Assembly: GCA_028534125.1 (NCBI GenBank)
Contig: CM052818.1
Coordinates: 35,528,001-35,592,000, forward strand
Reading direction: 5' to 3'
DNA length: 64,000 nt
From: Lama glama
Taxonomy: Eukaryota
The position numbers were made by a program, and so were the translations under genes. Positions 51,369 to 64,000 of this stretch are shown piece after piece (within the stretch, counting starts at the first letter, position 1; each line of letters begins with the position of its first letter). The notes beneath the pieces were generated by a model. That model made no database searches. It saw nothing but the letters and a program-made list of their open reading frames with translations, and had not been told where the DNA came from.

Positions 51369-54096
51369 CTCTGGCTGGAATTATTTACATTATCTCCACA
51401 TCAAGAAATCCTACCCATTCTTCAAAGCTCATCTTGAATGGTTTTTTTCTTCACAAACCTCTACTCTGCTTCTTCTATGGGCCTCCTCCATAGTAATCGG
51501 GAGTCTAGAAAGTGAGCAGGAACGCAAGCCCAGGAAACTCTCCCCAAGACCCATTTCTTACCACCACACCATGATGCCTTAAATAACCACTGCACTTTAA
51601 ATTGACCTGCTCTTCCTAACGATTCCTAAGGTGGTCTAAAGCACAATTCCCCCTTCCCTTGCTTTGCCTGCATTTGCTCCTCTTCCTCACCTGTATTTCA
51701 CTCTGCCGCTACATGGGTTTGGAGGGAAGAGATTAGAGAGCATCTCAGGCTATCCAGATCAAAGCAGGTGCTCTAATTTCCACCCCTTTCCTAGGCCATC
51801 AGTGATGGGCCCCCTGTGGCATTGGCTAACTTCAGAGCTGGAGGGGGGGCCCTCCTGGGACTGTTTGGGTCAGGCCGGAGGAACTATGCCTCAGGAAAGG
51901 TTATTATTCTTTGGCCTAAGCTTGCCCTGGTTAACACAGTCACTCTGAACAATGTCCTTTGTTGCAACAGCTCAAATGATCCCCTGTGCTGTGAGCAAGC
52001 ACCACAATTCCCCGAGTTTCCTTTCGAACCAGAGGCTGAATTTCCCTGCATTACAGAGGAAGGTAGGCTTAGAAGCAGGAAGCAATCTACAACCATTGGC
52101 TAAAACCCAGGACCCTCACTTGCATCCCAGGCTCCACAAGCCAGCCTGTCCTTTAGCCCTGGAGTCTGGCTTCCTGATGCTCCAACCTCAAACAGCCCAC
52201 CAGCTCTAAAAGCCTCTAATCTCCCCATCAGCCACACAACTGCAGCAGCTCTTGCTCGGGACACCAGCCTGGAGCAGTCAACAGCTTTAAAGGGCCTTCC
52301 AGAGGGAGGGAAGAGGGAAGAAAATGACAGCCTCAGGGAATCCAGCTTCAGGGTTAAAAATCATGAGACCTAATGAAGGGCTGAGGGGGAATCAGAGGGA
52401 AGAATGGGCCCTTGAGATTGTCATGTAGCTGTTAAGACTGAAATAGAACTCAGGATTCCTGACTCCAGGCCTGGTGACTTGAACCCCTGGCACTTCTCCC
52501 TTAAAGCTGGTACCTTGACCTACTTCTCAGAAGCTGCAGGGGAAAGAACAGCCTATAAAAACAATACCCAAGTATAGGAACAGGTGTGTATCCAAGGGCT
52601 GAAGAATGCATCTCCACAACACAGAAAACAGCTCAGGAGCCGGGTCAGTAGGACATGCTCTTGGCCAGGTTCCTGAGAGCTGCCTCAGGCTGCAGGAGGG
52701 ACTCTGGGGGCAGAGTGGCCTGATGCCATGAGAGCAGGGCCTGAGTGTCTGAGGTGGCGAAAGCTGCTGCAGACAGATTTTACTTTCTTTAAACCAGATT
52801 TCACCAGAAAGTGAGGGAAGTTTGAGATATTGATTATTGACACATCAAGGTTTAAAAGTGCTCAGCCAGTTCTCCCAGCCACCATCCTTTTCACAGCCTC
52901 CAGTTTACCCTGTGTTCACTCTTCAGGGCAGGGTCAGGCTCCCTTCGTTAGCTGCTGCTCCCTATGGTCCCTGGAGAAGGGGCTCCTCTTCCACTTGAAG
53001 CTCAAATCACTGTCCACTTGCTCCTGGTAAAAATCTCAGACATTATCATGCCCTTAGCCTTGACTCTTCTATCCTTTCACTCTCTCTTTGCTCCCAGCTG
53101 TCAGAAGGAAACTGTTCCCCACCCATTACCTCCACCTGTGGGATACTGGCCCCCACTGGGAGACCCAAGCCCACCCACACTTCGAAGGCTTTGAAAGCCC
53201 GTGGTTGATAGGCACGACTTGGAAGAGAAAAGAAGACACAGGAAGTGGATAGTTGGTCAGATAGGTGATCTCAGAAGGTCAGATCCGGCTTTCCAGGCCA
53301 TGGCTAAGGAGACCTGCCTCTCACCACGGCCAGAAGCAACAGGCTTGCCCAGAAACTGGCCAACCTGGTCAAAGAACGGTTTAAATGAAATCAACGAGAG
53401 GAAGAAAAATACCTCCAGAAAAGTTGCAAACCTGGCTACTGGGGAAGAAAACAGAAGGACGTGGGAGATGCTGAACTCTAAGACCTTAAAAGTGGTGCTG
53501 GCGGAGGAAGAGCCCTAGGACTTCATTGGGGCCAGATGCCAACTCTCCTAGGAAATTTCCCTGGCCTGCCTGAGCCAAACTCTGGCTCTTCGGCCTTGTC
53601 TATTCACTGCCTCAGATTGACTTTAGACCCTGAGATCACCCCTCCTTCTCCTCCAGATGATGCTGACTTATATTCACTTGCTCAGCTTTTGTCAGCCCTG
53701 CAGTTAGGAATCTTTGGCCCATTTCCCCCTTCCTGGATTCTGCTGGGCCACATGACTCCTCTTGGATAATCAGCCCCAATTATCAGCTTCTAAATCTCCA
53801 GCCCAGTTCTCACTTTTCTGGCTGATCACTCACTTCAGTCTCATGACAAGATGCTCAGCAAATCTGAGGTGAAAGTAGTGGAGACTCTCAGACATCTATA
53901 TACCAACATGTGTATAATGAAAACAAATCAATTTGATTTTGAACCCATGAGTATCTGAGGTCTGTTAAAAGTCAGTCATGTTCTAATTTACGCATTTGTC
54001 AAGAGTCTGCTACATACAAGAGACTCTGTTAAAAGCGGGGAGAGAGAATTAAGAACGTCCTTGCCATCCAGAAAACTGACAGTTCGGGTAAGTCAA

Positions 54097-55398
54097 GACA
54101 GAAATTAAAGAAGACACAATAAATGGAAAGACACCCATGTTCATGGATTGGAAGACTTAATATCATTAAGATGTGCAAGTATCCAAAATGACACTCAGAG
54201 TCAGTGCAATCCCTATCAAAATTCCAATGGCATTTTTCTCAGAAATAGAAAAAAATTCTTAAAATTCATATGGAATCACAAAAAAAGACTCTGACTAGTC
54301 AAAGCAATCTTGAGGAATAGCAAACTGGAGACAAACTTCCTGTTTTCAAACTATGTTACAAAATGATCGTAGTCAAAACAGTGTGGTACATAAAGACAGA
54401 CATATAGATCAAAGAAATAAAATGGAAATCCCAGAAATTAACCCACACATGTATGGGCAAATGATTTTCAATAAGGGTGTCAAAGCCATTCAGTGGGGAA
54501 AGGATGGTCTCTTTGACAAATGGTCCTGGGAAAACTAGATATCCACATGCAAAAGAATGAAGTTAGACGCTTATTTTATATCAGACACAAAAATTAACTC
54601 AAAATAGATTAAAGGTTTAAATATAAGACCTGAAACTATAAAACCCCTAGAAGAAAACTGTTGAAAAAGCTCTTTGACATTGGTCTCAGCAATAATTTTT
54701 TGGATATGACACCAGACAAAAAGGTAACAAAAACAAAAGTAAACAAATGGAAACCCATCAACCTAAAAAGCTTCTGTATCGCAAAAGAAACAATAAAATG
54801 AAAGGCAACCTATGGAATGGGAGAAAATATTTACAAACCATACAGCTGATAAGGGGTTAATATCTAAAATATATAAGGAGCTCATACAACTCAATAGCAA
54901 AAAATGAAATTAAATAAATAACCTGATTTTAAAATGGGCAAAAAATCTGAATACACATTTTTCCAAAGAAGACATACAGATGACCAACAGGTATATATAA
55001 AAAGGTACCCAACATCCCTAATCATCAGGGAAATAAATGTAAACCAAAACCTCAATGAGGTATCACTTCATGTCTGTTAGGATGACTCTTATCAGAAAGG
55101 CAAGTGATAACAGAAGTTAGTGAGGGTATGGAGAAAAGAGAACCATTGTACACTGTTGGTGGGAACTTAAATTGGTACAGCCAATATGGAAAACAGCGTG
55201 GGAGTTACTCAAAAACTTAAAAATAGACTTACCATATAACTCAGCAATTCCTTTCCTGGGTATATATCCAAAGAAAATGAAATCAGTATTTTGAAGAGGT
55301 ATCTGCACTCTCATGTTTATTGCAGCATTATTCACAATAGCCAAGATATGGAAACAACCTAAGCATTCATTAATGGATGAATGGATGAAGAAAACGTG

Positions 55399-55400
<2 letters not shown>
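54097..55400 (+). mobile_element. L1 ORF2 3' portion (decayed), truncated at a (CA)n tract (55400-55439)
   Basis: [52 protein letters not shown] resembles L1 ORF2; many frameshifts. Confidence 0.93.
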
Positions 55401-55440
<40 letters not shown>

Positions 55441-55441
<1 letters not shown>

Positions 55442-55500
55442 ATTTTGTGGTCCAATATATGATCTATCCTGGAGAATGTTCCATGTATGCTTGAGAAAAC
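55441..55500 (-). mobile_element. Short inverted L1 endonuclease-domain fragment
   Basis: Minus strand encodes [18 protein letters not shown], similar to the L1 EN motif [18 protein letters not shown]. Confidence 0.8.
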
Positions 55501-58500
55501 TGGATCCTGGGTAGCCAAACATCCACATATACCCTTCTTCCCAAATTTCCAACATAAAAACATTCCTACATAATATAATGCAACAATTCCTTCTACAATT
55601 AAAAATATACCCATATCCTTCCCAAGAGGAGAAAGCCCTAGCTTGTCAGTTACTGAATTCAGCACCAAGTCTAGGGTCTCAGAGTGATATCCATTGTTCC
55701 TCATTTCATCATGATTTTGTCTCAATATTTGCATCCTATAAATTAAATGATAATTTTAACTAATACTAACATATTGTATATAAAATAGTGGACAAGAGAG
55801 GAAGAAAAAGGTAGAGAGAATTTACTTGAAGTAGATGAAGTATTTAGTATATCAAGGAAGGAAGCACAAGTCAAAATGGACTTGGTAGGGGAAGTTTCCC
55901 TGCAGTTGGGAAAGCCTCCATCCCTGCCACCATGAGCACTTTGATCCCTCTGAGGAAGCACTGGGGTAGCAACCTGAAGGATGCCTACAGAGTGAGTCAT
56001 CTGTTCACCTGATTAACTGGGTCCATTCCCTTAGGTTATTCCACATTCTTCTTCCCCAAATGACTTGCCTCAAAGTGACAGTGTTATTTCTGACCAAGAG
56101 GTCATTCTAAATACCTCGTCCCCCAAAATTTCCTGCAGTCTTGTTCTCAGTTCTTGACCATGCAGCCGAAACACCAGATGCTGTCCATGATAACCTCAGG
56201 TTATCTCTTCTTTCGGACTGTGAGATATGCTGTGTGAAGTTCTGCCTACTAGGATATTCCATCTCAGTTGTCCTCTGGGACTAATCTGAGTGGGGTTGTT
56301 ACTAGGTTTGCCTGGTTGGGAACTCCATTACAAGATCATGGAGTTGAGGAAGGGGCAACAATGCAGCAGAAATTGGAATTGTGACCAAACTTCTCAAATA
56401 ATTTATTGGGCTTAAGGACCTACTTGGACCTTTTCGTATATACACTACTTTCCAGTGTTCTGCTAACTGCACCCAATTTTATGGCATTGTGACTCTGATG
56501 ATACAAAATTCATGATGGATATCTCAAGACAGCATTGTCGCCAGGTGCTCCACAGTTGACATTCACTGCTTTTTCAGAAGATGGCCAAGAAGGATCTCTC
56601 ACAAAGATACAGTTGCTTGCTGAAGGGGTCATAGATTTTTGCAGATCCATAAGGGTCTCCACAGTGATTCTCTCAATCAGGTTTGCTACAAGCTCCATTT
56701 AGTGACTCAATCTGCCACTGATAACTCAAGTACCATTTGAATGCACTGGGTCATTAAGGCCACATATACTGCAGCCTGGAGAATATTTTCTTTCTTTGGG
56801 CCCTACTCAAAACTTGGAAGTCTTTCAAGTCACTTGGTAAACAGTTTGGAGAAGCACACCAAAATGTGCGGTATGTTACCTGGGAAGTTCAAGAAGGCCC
56901 AGTAAGCACTGGGCCTCTTTCTAGTGATGGGAATATAAGGGGCTAAAACTTGCTCTTTAGTTTGTGTGAGCTCTCCTGACACGACTTAGATCAATGAACT
57001 CTAGATGTCACTAGGGTCACAGTCCCCCATACTTTCTTAGAATTGTCCCTTTCCCCTCTCTCTTTCTTGCATGTTTCCCCCGCACCCTCCCCTCCAAGGT
57101 ACCTAAGGTACCTAATACTCCTAGGTCTCCAGATCGGATCATCATGATGTAATCAGTATGCCACTCTAGCATGATGTCCTTGGGATAGAAAGACAGTCAG
57201 TGTCGTCTGCATATCAACTGTAGTACAGAAACAGAGAGATGACATAGTGTTGAGGAAGGTGGTGTATTTCTCTACCAGATGTTTTCTCTGGTGTTTTCTA
57301 ATTACTGGAATAAAGAACATTAGAATCTTACAGATCAACTGCCGTCTTCTGGGTACCAGAGGCTACAGTGATTTGATTCAGCAGGAGATCCCAACTGGAA
57401 CAGCAGACACAATTGGAGCATCACCTGGTTAAGCTCATAAAAAACCCAGGGTATTGAGGACCCATGTTATTTTCCAGGATCCAGCCATCTTCTTCATTAG
57501 CCTACCTAAATAGTTGAGGGAAACATCAAACCCTGTACCTTGCTTGCATCTAACAAGACTATTTTGGTGGCAACTGTACTAATGATTTCCTCGAGGATGT
57601 AGTATCGCTTTTGACTGTTTTTTGGTTGGTTGATTTGGTAGGAGGTGTTGCAGGTACTTCCACATGGCCCTGTTTACAGAAGTCTTATTCCACTGGTGAG
57701 GAATAAGATTATGCCAATTTCTCTGATTATGCCAATCTCTGAGCATATCTAGTCCCACTCTATACTCAAGAACTGAAAACAAACAAACAAACAAACAAAA
57801 CTGTGGGATTTCTCAGGGATTCTAGAGCCTGCTGTGAAGTAGATTCAGGCCAAAATTCCACTTATAACCCAGCTTCCATAAACCACACTTCAACCAGCAG
57901 GCGATGGCAGTATTAAGTGTTCTGAAGGATTAGTGTTAGCTCAAAGTCAGTGCCCAATAATCCATAAAGGATCCTTTTATTTCCTCTCAAGTTACCTTGG
58001 TAAATGGCCACCATTCCCTTTGGGAACGTGCAGAGGAAGTATAACCAGTCTGGATTCGTGGTGGTCCTACAGTGTTGTTCTTCAAAAGCACCCAGTCTTT
58101 CCCTTTATTCATGGAGTCTTGGGTCTGATGTGGGGCTGTCACTCTGTTGTATTGACCTGAGTCAAATGTATTTTCAGCAGACCTGCAGTTTGGTTTTTAC
58201 ATTTTTGAACTACTTGTTTTTTTAAATATATTTAAAATCAAATGGGATCCTAGTGGCTAATCATTTATTTTGGTACTGAGGACCAATGATCAAAAAACTG
58301 AGAATTAGATAAACAACAAGGACCTAGTGTATAGCACAGGGAACTATATTCAATTTCTTGTAATAAGCTATAATGCAAAAGAATCTGAAAAAAATGTATA
58401 TGTATAACTGAATCACTTTGCTGTACACCTGAAACTAACATTGTAAATCAACTACACTTCAATTTTAAAAAAGTTTCTGATTATCATGCTGGCCTTGCTG

Positions 58501-59861
58501 CCCCAGATGGAAATCATGTCCCCATACCACTGGCAATTAAGTGCCAACATAGAGCCTCTGCTGAGCCAGGATCTGTGCACTATGATTGAAATAAGGGAGG
58601 AGGGAGCACTTCAGTGGTAGCATATCACGGGCATTCCTGGCCTACTTAGAACAGCCACTAAAGCACTCTCAAAGATTTCCTTCCTGAGCATTTTTGGGGC
58701 CACCTTGGGGACATAGAAAAAAGACATGATAAATGCCGTCCGATATTTCTATCTTTCAATGTCTTTGAATTTCTTCCTCAACATTATATCACATTGTATC
58801 TCAGCTTCATTTAGAATTCTCTATTGTGACTGGGTTTTAGGCAACCTACCAAGAAAATATTTAGAAACACTTCCAACTACTCAAACCAATATGTTAAATT
58901 CAAATTTCTAGCAAATACACTCTTGTCGATAAATTCAGCCTGAATCTAAAAGTTTGGGTTTTTTCCTCCTTAGAAATCCATTCCCATGTGTATTTCCCCA
59001 TATTCATGTAAACTAGCACATCTTGGTGTGTGTATGAGTGTATGTATGTGCCCCTTGTCCACAATGTGTGCTAATCATTAACTCCTAGGTTATACTTTAT
59101 AATTGGCCCCCCAGGAATGCTGGTACCTAATTCTGGTCAAAAGTTTGGAGATAATGAGGAGTGAAGGGAGTAGAGCATAAGGATAATTGGCTTCCTTTTG
59201 CAAGGTAACTCCCTTCAGTGCATCTTCATGTAAAGCAATAATAGCTTCATTAAACATAGGAGCAGATTCTGTTTGGGCTGGTGATGGAGGCTCAGTGAGG
59301 TTCAGGGTTACACGGTTCCCCGAGTTCTTCAGATATTCGTAACATTCCCATTTTGGTTCTCAAAGTACAACAGTTTCCTGATCAATGCCCCAAATTTCAC
59401 ATAAGAGACTGAGAGAGGCTGTGAATTCAATGGACTTTGTAACTTGACAACTTGGCTTTCAGTAACCTCTGTCCTGTGGCTGTAAGAAACAAGTTTCTTT
59501 TTCACGGAGCCTTAGGAACATGTTACAATTTGTATCATGATCTGAAAAGAAGGATATAAGCTTGCCATTTATTTTGTTCAAGCAGACTAGATCCAATAGA
59601 AGTGACACTGCCCTGCCGCCTTTAGTGCCTTTTGACTTTCCTGTAGTTTGGCGGGAGCAAAGAGTTGCTTCTAATGAGCAGTGATGAGATTTTATCTATC
59701 ATTTAATTTTTCCTACTACTGTATGTCATGGGCATATCATCCCCTTATACTAACAGGGTATTTCCTGCTCTTGGTCTTAAGTAACCAGCTAGCAGATTCC
59801 CTCTTCCATCCATTTCCCCAAGTTTCTGTTGCCTGCAACAATCTGCCAGCACCAATTTCTC
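55501..59861 (-). mobile_element. Decayed ERVL-class internal region (gag-pro-pol remnants)
   Basis: Minus-strand remnants: protease-like YGLLGTDFELTLI (~57925-57966; ERVL GLLDTGSELTLI), RT-like PKDIMLEWHTDYIMMI (~57137-57185; ERVL PQDITLVHYIDDIMLI), RNase H-region WGRRMWNNLREWTQ (56017-56058). PBS-like AATTGGTGCTGG next to the LTR. Confidence 0.8.
58307..58472 (+). mobile_element. L1 3' end inserted in the ERVL internal region
   Basis: gataaacaacaaggacctagtgtatagcacagggaac...tcaactacacttcaattttaaaaaa. Confidence 0.85.
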
Positions 59862-60400
59862 TGTAATAGTCAAGGTTTTTGGTCCAAACAACATTAACTC
59901 TGGCTAACTTAAGCAGAAAAAGAGAAATTCATTGGAATGGTATAGGATCACAGAGTTAATGGAAAGCCCAATATCAAAACACAGGAACAAAGGGAGACTG
60001 GGCATCCAAATACAGTCAAATTCATGCCGCAGAATAAGGCCACCATCACAGGCACCATCACAAGTGGCTACTTGCTGCTGTCACTCCTGGTGTCACAAAG
60101 GATGCCCAATCCTCACGTCTGTAATATAGACTCCTCTACTATTGCAACAAAAAAACCTCTCACCTTCTGTATCTTCACATTCCTTCCTCAGTATTTAAAA
60201 TCCTGTGCGACAGCATCTGACTCACTGTGTCTAGATCACATGCTGATACCTTTGGTAAAGAACAAGGAGAGCTGTCCCCTTTGTCTCCACCATGGGAGGT
60301 GGAGCTTTGTCTCCCACATCTTTTGGATTCCCTCAGATGAGAGGTGTGTTTGGATGCTAGGTGGTCCCACTCCACTCTCCCCCAGAAAAAGTCTACTATA
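59862..60400 (-). mobile_element. Old ERVL/MaLR-class 5' LTR (MLT1K/LTR33-like)
   Basis: Plus strand tgtaatagtcaaggtttttgg...aactctggctaacttaagcagaaaaag matches the reverse of old MLT1/LTR33-type 3' ends; it abuts the PBS-like site. Confidence 0.72.
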
Positions 60401-60559
60401 GTCTTTAAAGTGAAAGGATTTAGAACAAACATTGCAAACAGAGAATTATAGCCTAAGGTAATATAATTTATTAAAGTTAATTACTTTAATAAATTTAAAA
60501 TTTATTTCAAATTAATTATTTAAAACCTTCATGTCTAGACAAATTTCTTCCTAAGATGT

Positions 60560-60900
60560 TAAGAAGACTTGGAAAAGGGATTGCAAAGTAACTATCAATA
60601 AACTTTAAAAATTCATGAGAAACTAGAGAGGAATTAAAATTGAGTTGACCTTGTATGAAGGGAAAGAGTAGGTTCTGCTAATTACCAGCTTGGTGTGAAT
60701 ATTGACAATTAATAGAATCCCTTGGTTAAACAAGGTTGCTTGCTGTGAACACCTAGAAAGTAATTAAGTGAACAGTTGGAGCCAGTGTGAATTTGTTAAG
60801 GACAAATCATAGTAAGCTTTACTTCCTTTTTGAATCAATTAATAGATTTGTAGATCATTGGTAGACAACATGAGATTGTTATAGGTACTGTGTCTTTATA
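60560..60900 (+). mobile_element. L3/CR1 LINE RT fragment
   Basis: Decayed similarity to the CR1 RT motifs NYRPVSLT and SQHGF.K.KSC (gctaattaccagcttggtg; gccagtgtgaatttgttaaggacaaatcat). Confidence 0.55.
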
Positions 60901-60904
60901 AAGT

Positions 60905-61550
60905 TAAAAATACCTTGATTTACTTTTAGTGTAAAAATAAAACTTGGTAATTATAGAAAAGGTAGATAATTTTTTAGTGAAATAACCCCAAACTATTATC
61001 TCTGCTTCCTTCCCACTGAAAAACACTAAAATTATGTTAAAGGAACAAGAAAGATAAAAACCCACAAGGATAAAGAGATTAGGAGAGGACATAAAAGGAC
61101 TAGAGATGACAACAAATGTTTGGAACATGGAAAATGAATGAATGAATGGTAACTGATTTGGCAGTGCAAAAATGCTGAACGCCAGTGCCTACAGAAGAAG
61201 ACGCCAATAAAAGCAAGAAAATTTGGGCAGCAGAACCCCAGGAAGGCCCAGGAAGGCACTAAAACCTCAGATGTAACAAGTAGAAATTAAAAACAGAACT
61301 GGGTACAAGCCCTGCCCATTTACATTTCTGATAATCGTTTCAGTGAGTTACTTTTTAAATGTAAACTGACAGCCAATCAGACCTTTAAGAAAACGCAGAG
61401 AAAAAAACATGAAAGGCAGAGAAAAAAACCACAAAACAGATAAACAGTATAAAGGGCTCATAGGATATAGAGACAGTGCAGGTAACAGGAGAAAACTTTA
61501 CATTTTATATCAGCAAAGAGAAAAGAGAAGATTTTACATCCATGAAAGAT
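60905..61550 (+). mobile_element. Old L1M/HAL1-like 5' fragment
   Basis: A-rich text resembling ancient L1M 5' ends (aaaaacccacaaggataaagag...caacaaatgtttggaa). Confidence 0.45.
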
Positions 61551-61699
61551 GACTTACATTACACTGTATTTGTAGAGCCTTATCAGTTTATTGTACAGAC
61601 TAGAGGTAGACAAGCAGATAGACCTCCTATGCCCAAGAGCACTCTGTTTCATTTGTTTTAATGGGATTTTTTAAATGGCTTTAATTTTTTTTTATGGGC

Positions 61700-62140
61700 T
61701 CTAGAGTTAGAGTTTTTGATTGTAAGCAACAGAAACTAACACTGGATAACTTAAGCAAAAATGCATTATATGAGAAGGTTGTGGGTAGTTCACCAAATCA
61801 AAAGCATAGGTGAACAATCAGAATCAGAGAGGGCAGGAGCCAGGGGAGCTCTGGGCTCCTGGCAGCAGGAATTAATAGCCATTTGGATCAGGGCATGACT
61901 GCTGTGATGCATCAGTTCCAGCTGGTCTTTGTCCTTTAAGTGCTAGAAAACAGAGCCAGCCCAATTGTCCTACGTTGGGCCAGGTGTACACACTCTGGAA
62001 GGAAGCAGAGATATTTTGTTAGATGGTTTCACTAAAATCAGCAGTGGGAAAGGGAAATCTTCTTCTCAAGAAAGTCAGTGTGGTATCATCAGAAGAGGGA
62101 ATAAAAACTAGGGAGCAAGACCCACCAAATTTCTATAGAA
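61700..62140 (-). mobile_element. Old MLT1-like solo LTR
   Basis: gattgtaagcaacagaaactaacactggataacttaagcaaaaa resembles MLT1K/L-type ends. Confidence 0.7.
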
Positions 62141-62369
62141 TCTATGGCTAAAAATATGTTTGGAAGCCATGATCTGCAGGATTCTTTTTTTTTTTTTTTT
62201 GGCAATGACAAAAAATAGTCCATCAAATGTACAAAAATGTATTAATCAGTTACCTTTTATTGGACATTAAGCTTATTTTCTATTTTTTGCTTTCACAAAC
62301 AGTGCCTCAGCAAACATCCTGAGAGCCCAATTTTTGCAGACATCTTTATTAAGAAGTGGTAACTTTTGA

Positions 62370-63020
62370 CGTCTTTATAGAATGATTATAGACAAGATGG
62401 AAACTTGTAGGCTGAAAGGATTACATATGAAGACTGCTACTGGTCCACTCGTGTTGATTTACAGAGACTTTACTAAAGTTACATATTACTTTATGTTGAT
62501 ATTGGCTTTTGTTTTTTAACAACTTAATGGATGATTTAAATATAACATTAAAAGACATATTTAACAGTTACAGATGACATAGATCTAAGAGTGATAACAA
62601 ATATGGTAGAATGTCTTCAGATTTCAGAATGAGCTAAACACTGGGTTCAAACCAACAAAATTAAAACTAATAGGAACAATTTTAAAGTTCTGTATTTGTT
62701 TAAAAAAAAAAACAATCAATTGCCCAGAGACAGGAAGGGTAAATGTTACTTGGACAGAAATTCACATGAAAAGGTCTGAAGGTTTTATTAAATGCAAGGT
62801 CAATATAATTCAACAGTATGAAATGGCTGCTAAAAAACAAAAACAGTGTAATCTTAGAATGTATTAAAATAAATAAAATATCTAGATCTTGGATGGTGCT
62901 AGCCCCTTGTACCTTTTGCCCTGGTCAGGCTAAATGGAGTTTTGGGCTTAATTTTGAACTGGTTACACTTAAAAAGAGCTATTAACTAACTGGAGTGTAT
63001 GTAGAGAAAGTCATCTAGAA
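62370..63020 (+). mobile_element. L3/CR1 LINE RT C-terminal fragment
   Basis: cagatgacatagatctaag (ADDTKL-like), catgaaaaggtctgaaggtttt, aacagtatgaaatggctgctaaaaaa and cttagaatgtattaa follow the CR1/L3 consensus order. Confidence 0.65.
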
Positions 63021-63029
63021 GCTATTATG

Positions 63030-63210
63030 ATAATATTACTGAGTGCTTACTATGTACCAGGCACCATACTGAAAACATTTCAAAACCTATGAAGTAGGCA
63101 TAATTTTATATTTATTTTACAGATGGGGAAATTGAGCCATGGGAAGTTAAATAAATTGCTCAAGTTTAAACAGCTGGAAAGTGGGACTGAAACCCAGTAG
63201 TCCAACCCCA
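63030..63210 (-). mobile_element. MIR SINE
   Basis: actgagtgcttactatgtaccaggcac...attttacagatggggaaattgag. Confidence 0.8.
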
Positions 63211-63487
63211 GAGAGAGCTATCAACCACCCCACTCACTGCTTCTCTATTTTGTGAAGCAAAACAGGTGATCCTGCCACATAAGTGTGATTTGAGGGACTC
63301 TGAGCAGATCCCCTGCAGAGAAATATCTCTCTGGCTAGTTGGAACATACAAACAGGCCTGTTACGCACTTGCTTTTATAGCTCTTTTAGATCTAAATCTA
63401 AATGTCTAAATATTATACAAATTGAAAGTCAGCTGAGAAAAGATTTTGATAAAGGGGAGAATTGCCCATGGGTGCTAGACAGTAGAA

Positions 63488-63960
63488 CTGATTCATTCAA
63501 CAACTATTTATTCAGTGCTATATTGTACTTCACAGTGGGGTAGGCCCTGATAACAGAATGATGAAAATGGCTAACATTTCTTTGCCCGGCAGAGTTTACC
63601 TCCAATTCAGGACAAAAGAGAATAAGTGATAGTAGCAAGTGTAGTTGATGAATAAGGAAAGAGGGGGAACTATGGAATCACATGGTAGGGAAACCTTCCC
63701 CAGTCTGGTGGGGTAGGAGTTTGGGGTGGGGTGCCTTCCCTGGGACGTGAAGGCCAAGGTGAGATTTGAAGAGTGAGTCAATACTTTCCCCACAGAAAAG
63801 GATGGAGAGGGAGAGAGTTTTCCAGGCAAGGGGAGCTGCTCAGATATTTCCAGTAAGAGATGATGATGGCTAAGTCATGGGCTGTGGGGTGAAGAGAGGA
63901 TGGAGTTTCCATAGAATGGTGTGCGTAGCATTGAACAAGGTCTTGAGATTATTTCAGGCC
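63488..63960 (-). mobile_element. L2 LINE 3' fragment
   Basis: attcattcaacaactatttattcagtgc (L2 tail repeat) followed by an L2-like body. Confidence 0.6.
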
Positions 63961-64000
63961 CTTCACAGATATATACATCCTTTTACTAATGGTGTGTTTA

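Noticed and set aside
55117..55734. 205-aa minus-strand ORF
   Set aside because: A chimera of ERVL, L1 EN, (TG)n and antisense L1 sequence.
1..64000. A novel multi-gene system or horizontally acquired cassette
   Set aside because: Everything I could recognise fits an ordinary mammalian EFR3B locus with repeats; I saw no foreign-looking or gene-dense segment.

Overview
Mammalian genomic DNA, most likely camelid (alpaca, llama or camel), judged from about six copies of a tRNA-derived Vic-1-like SINE. I recognised no ruminant, pig or primate SINEs. The only protein-coding gene I can support is the 5' part of EFR3B on the minus strand. It has a CpG-island promoter (~47.3-48.7 kb) and coding exons 1-4 (47921-47927, 14157-14233, 12989-13116, 4663-4813) with GT-AG introns, encoding the first 121 aa (MYGVCGCCGALRPRYKRLVDNIFPEDPEDGLVKTNMEKLTF...QILGTNS). 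The gene continues past position 1. The rest is intronic or upstream DNA rich in repeats: L1, L2, L3/CR1, MIR, SINEs, MER DNA transposons, solo LTRs, a decayed ERVL-class provirus and microsatellites. Repeat families were assigned from memory of consensus sequences and their boundaries are approximate. I found no evidence of a new multi-gene system, CRISPR array or novel protein family. The most interesting signals are possible post-transcriptional controls on EFR3B: an exon 3/4 junction that regenerates the same 5' splice site, chained uORFs ending just before a strong in-frame Met36 that would bypass the palmitoylated Cys cluster, and a candidate UG-repeat-flanked poison exon. All three are hypotheses from sequence alone.
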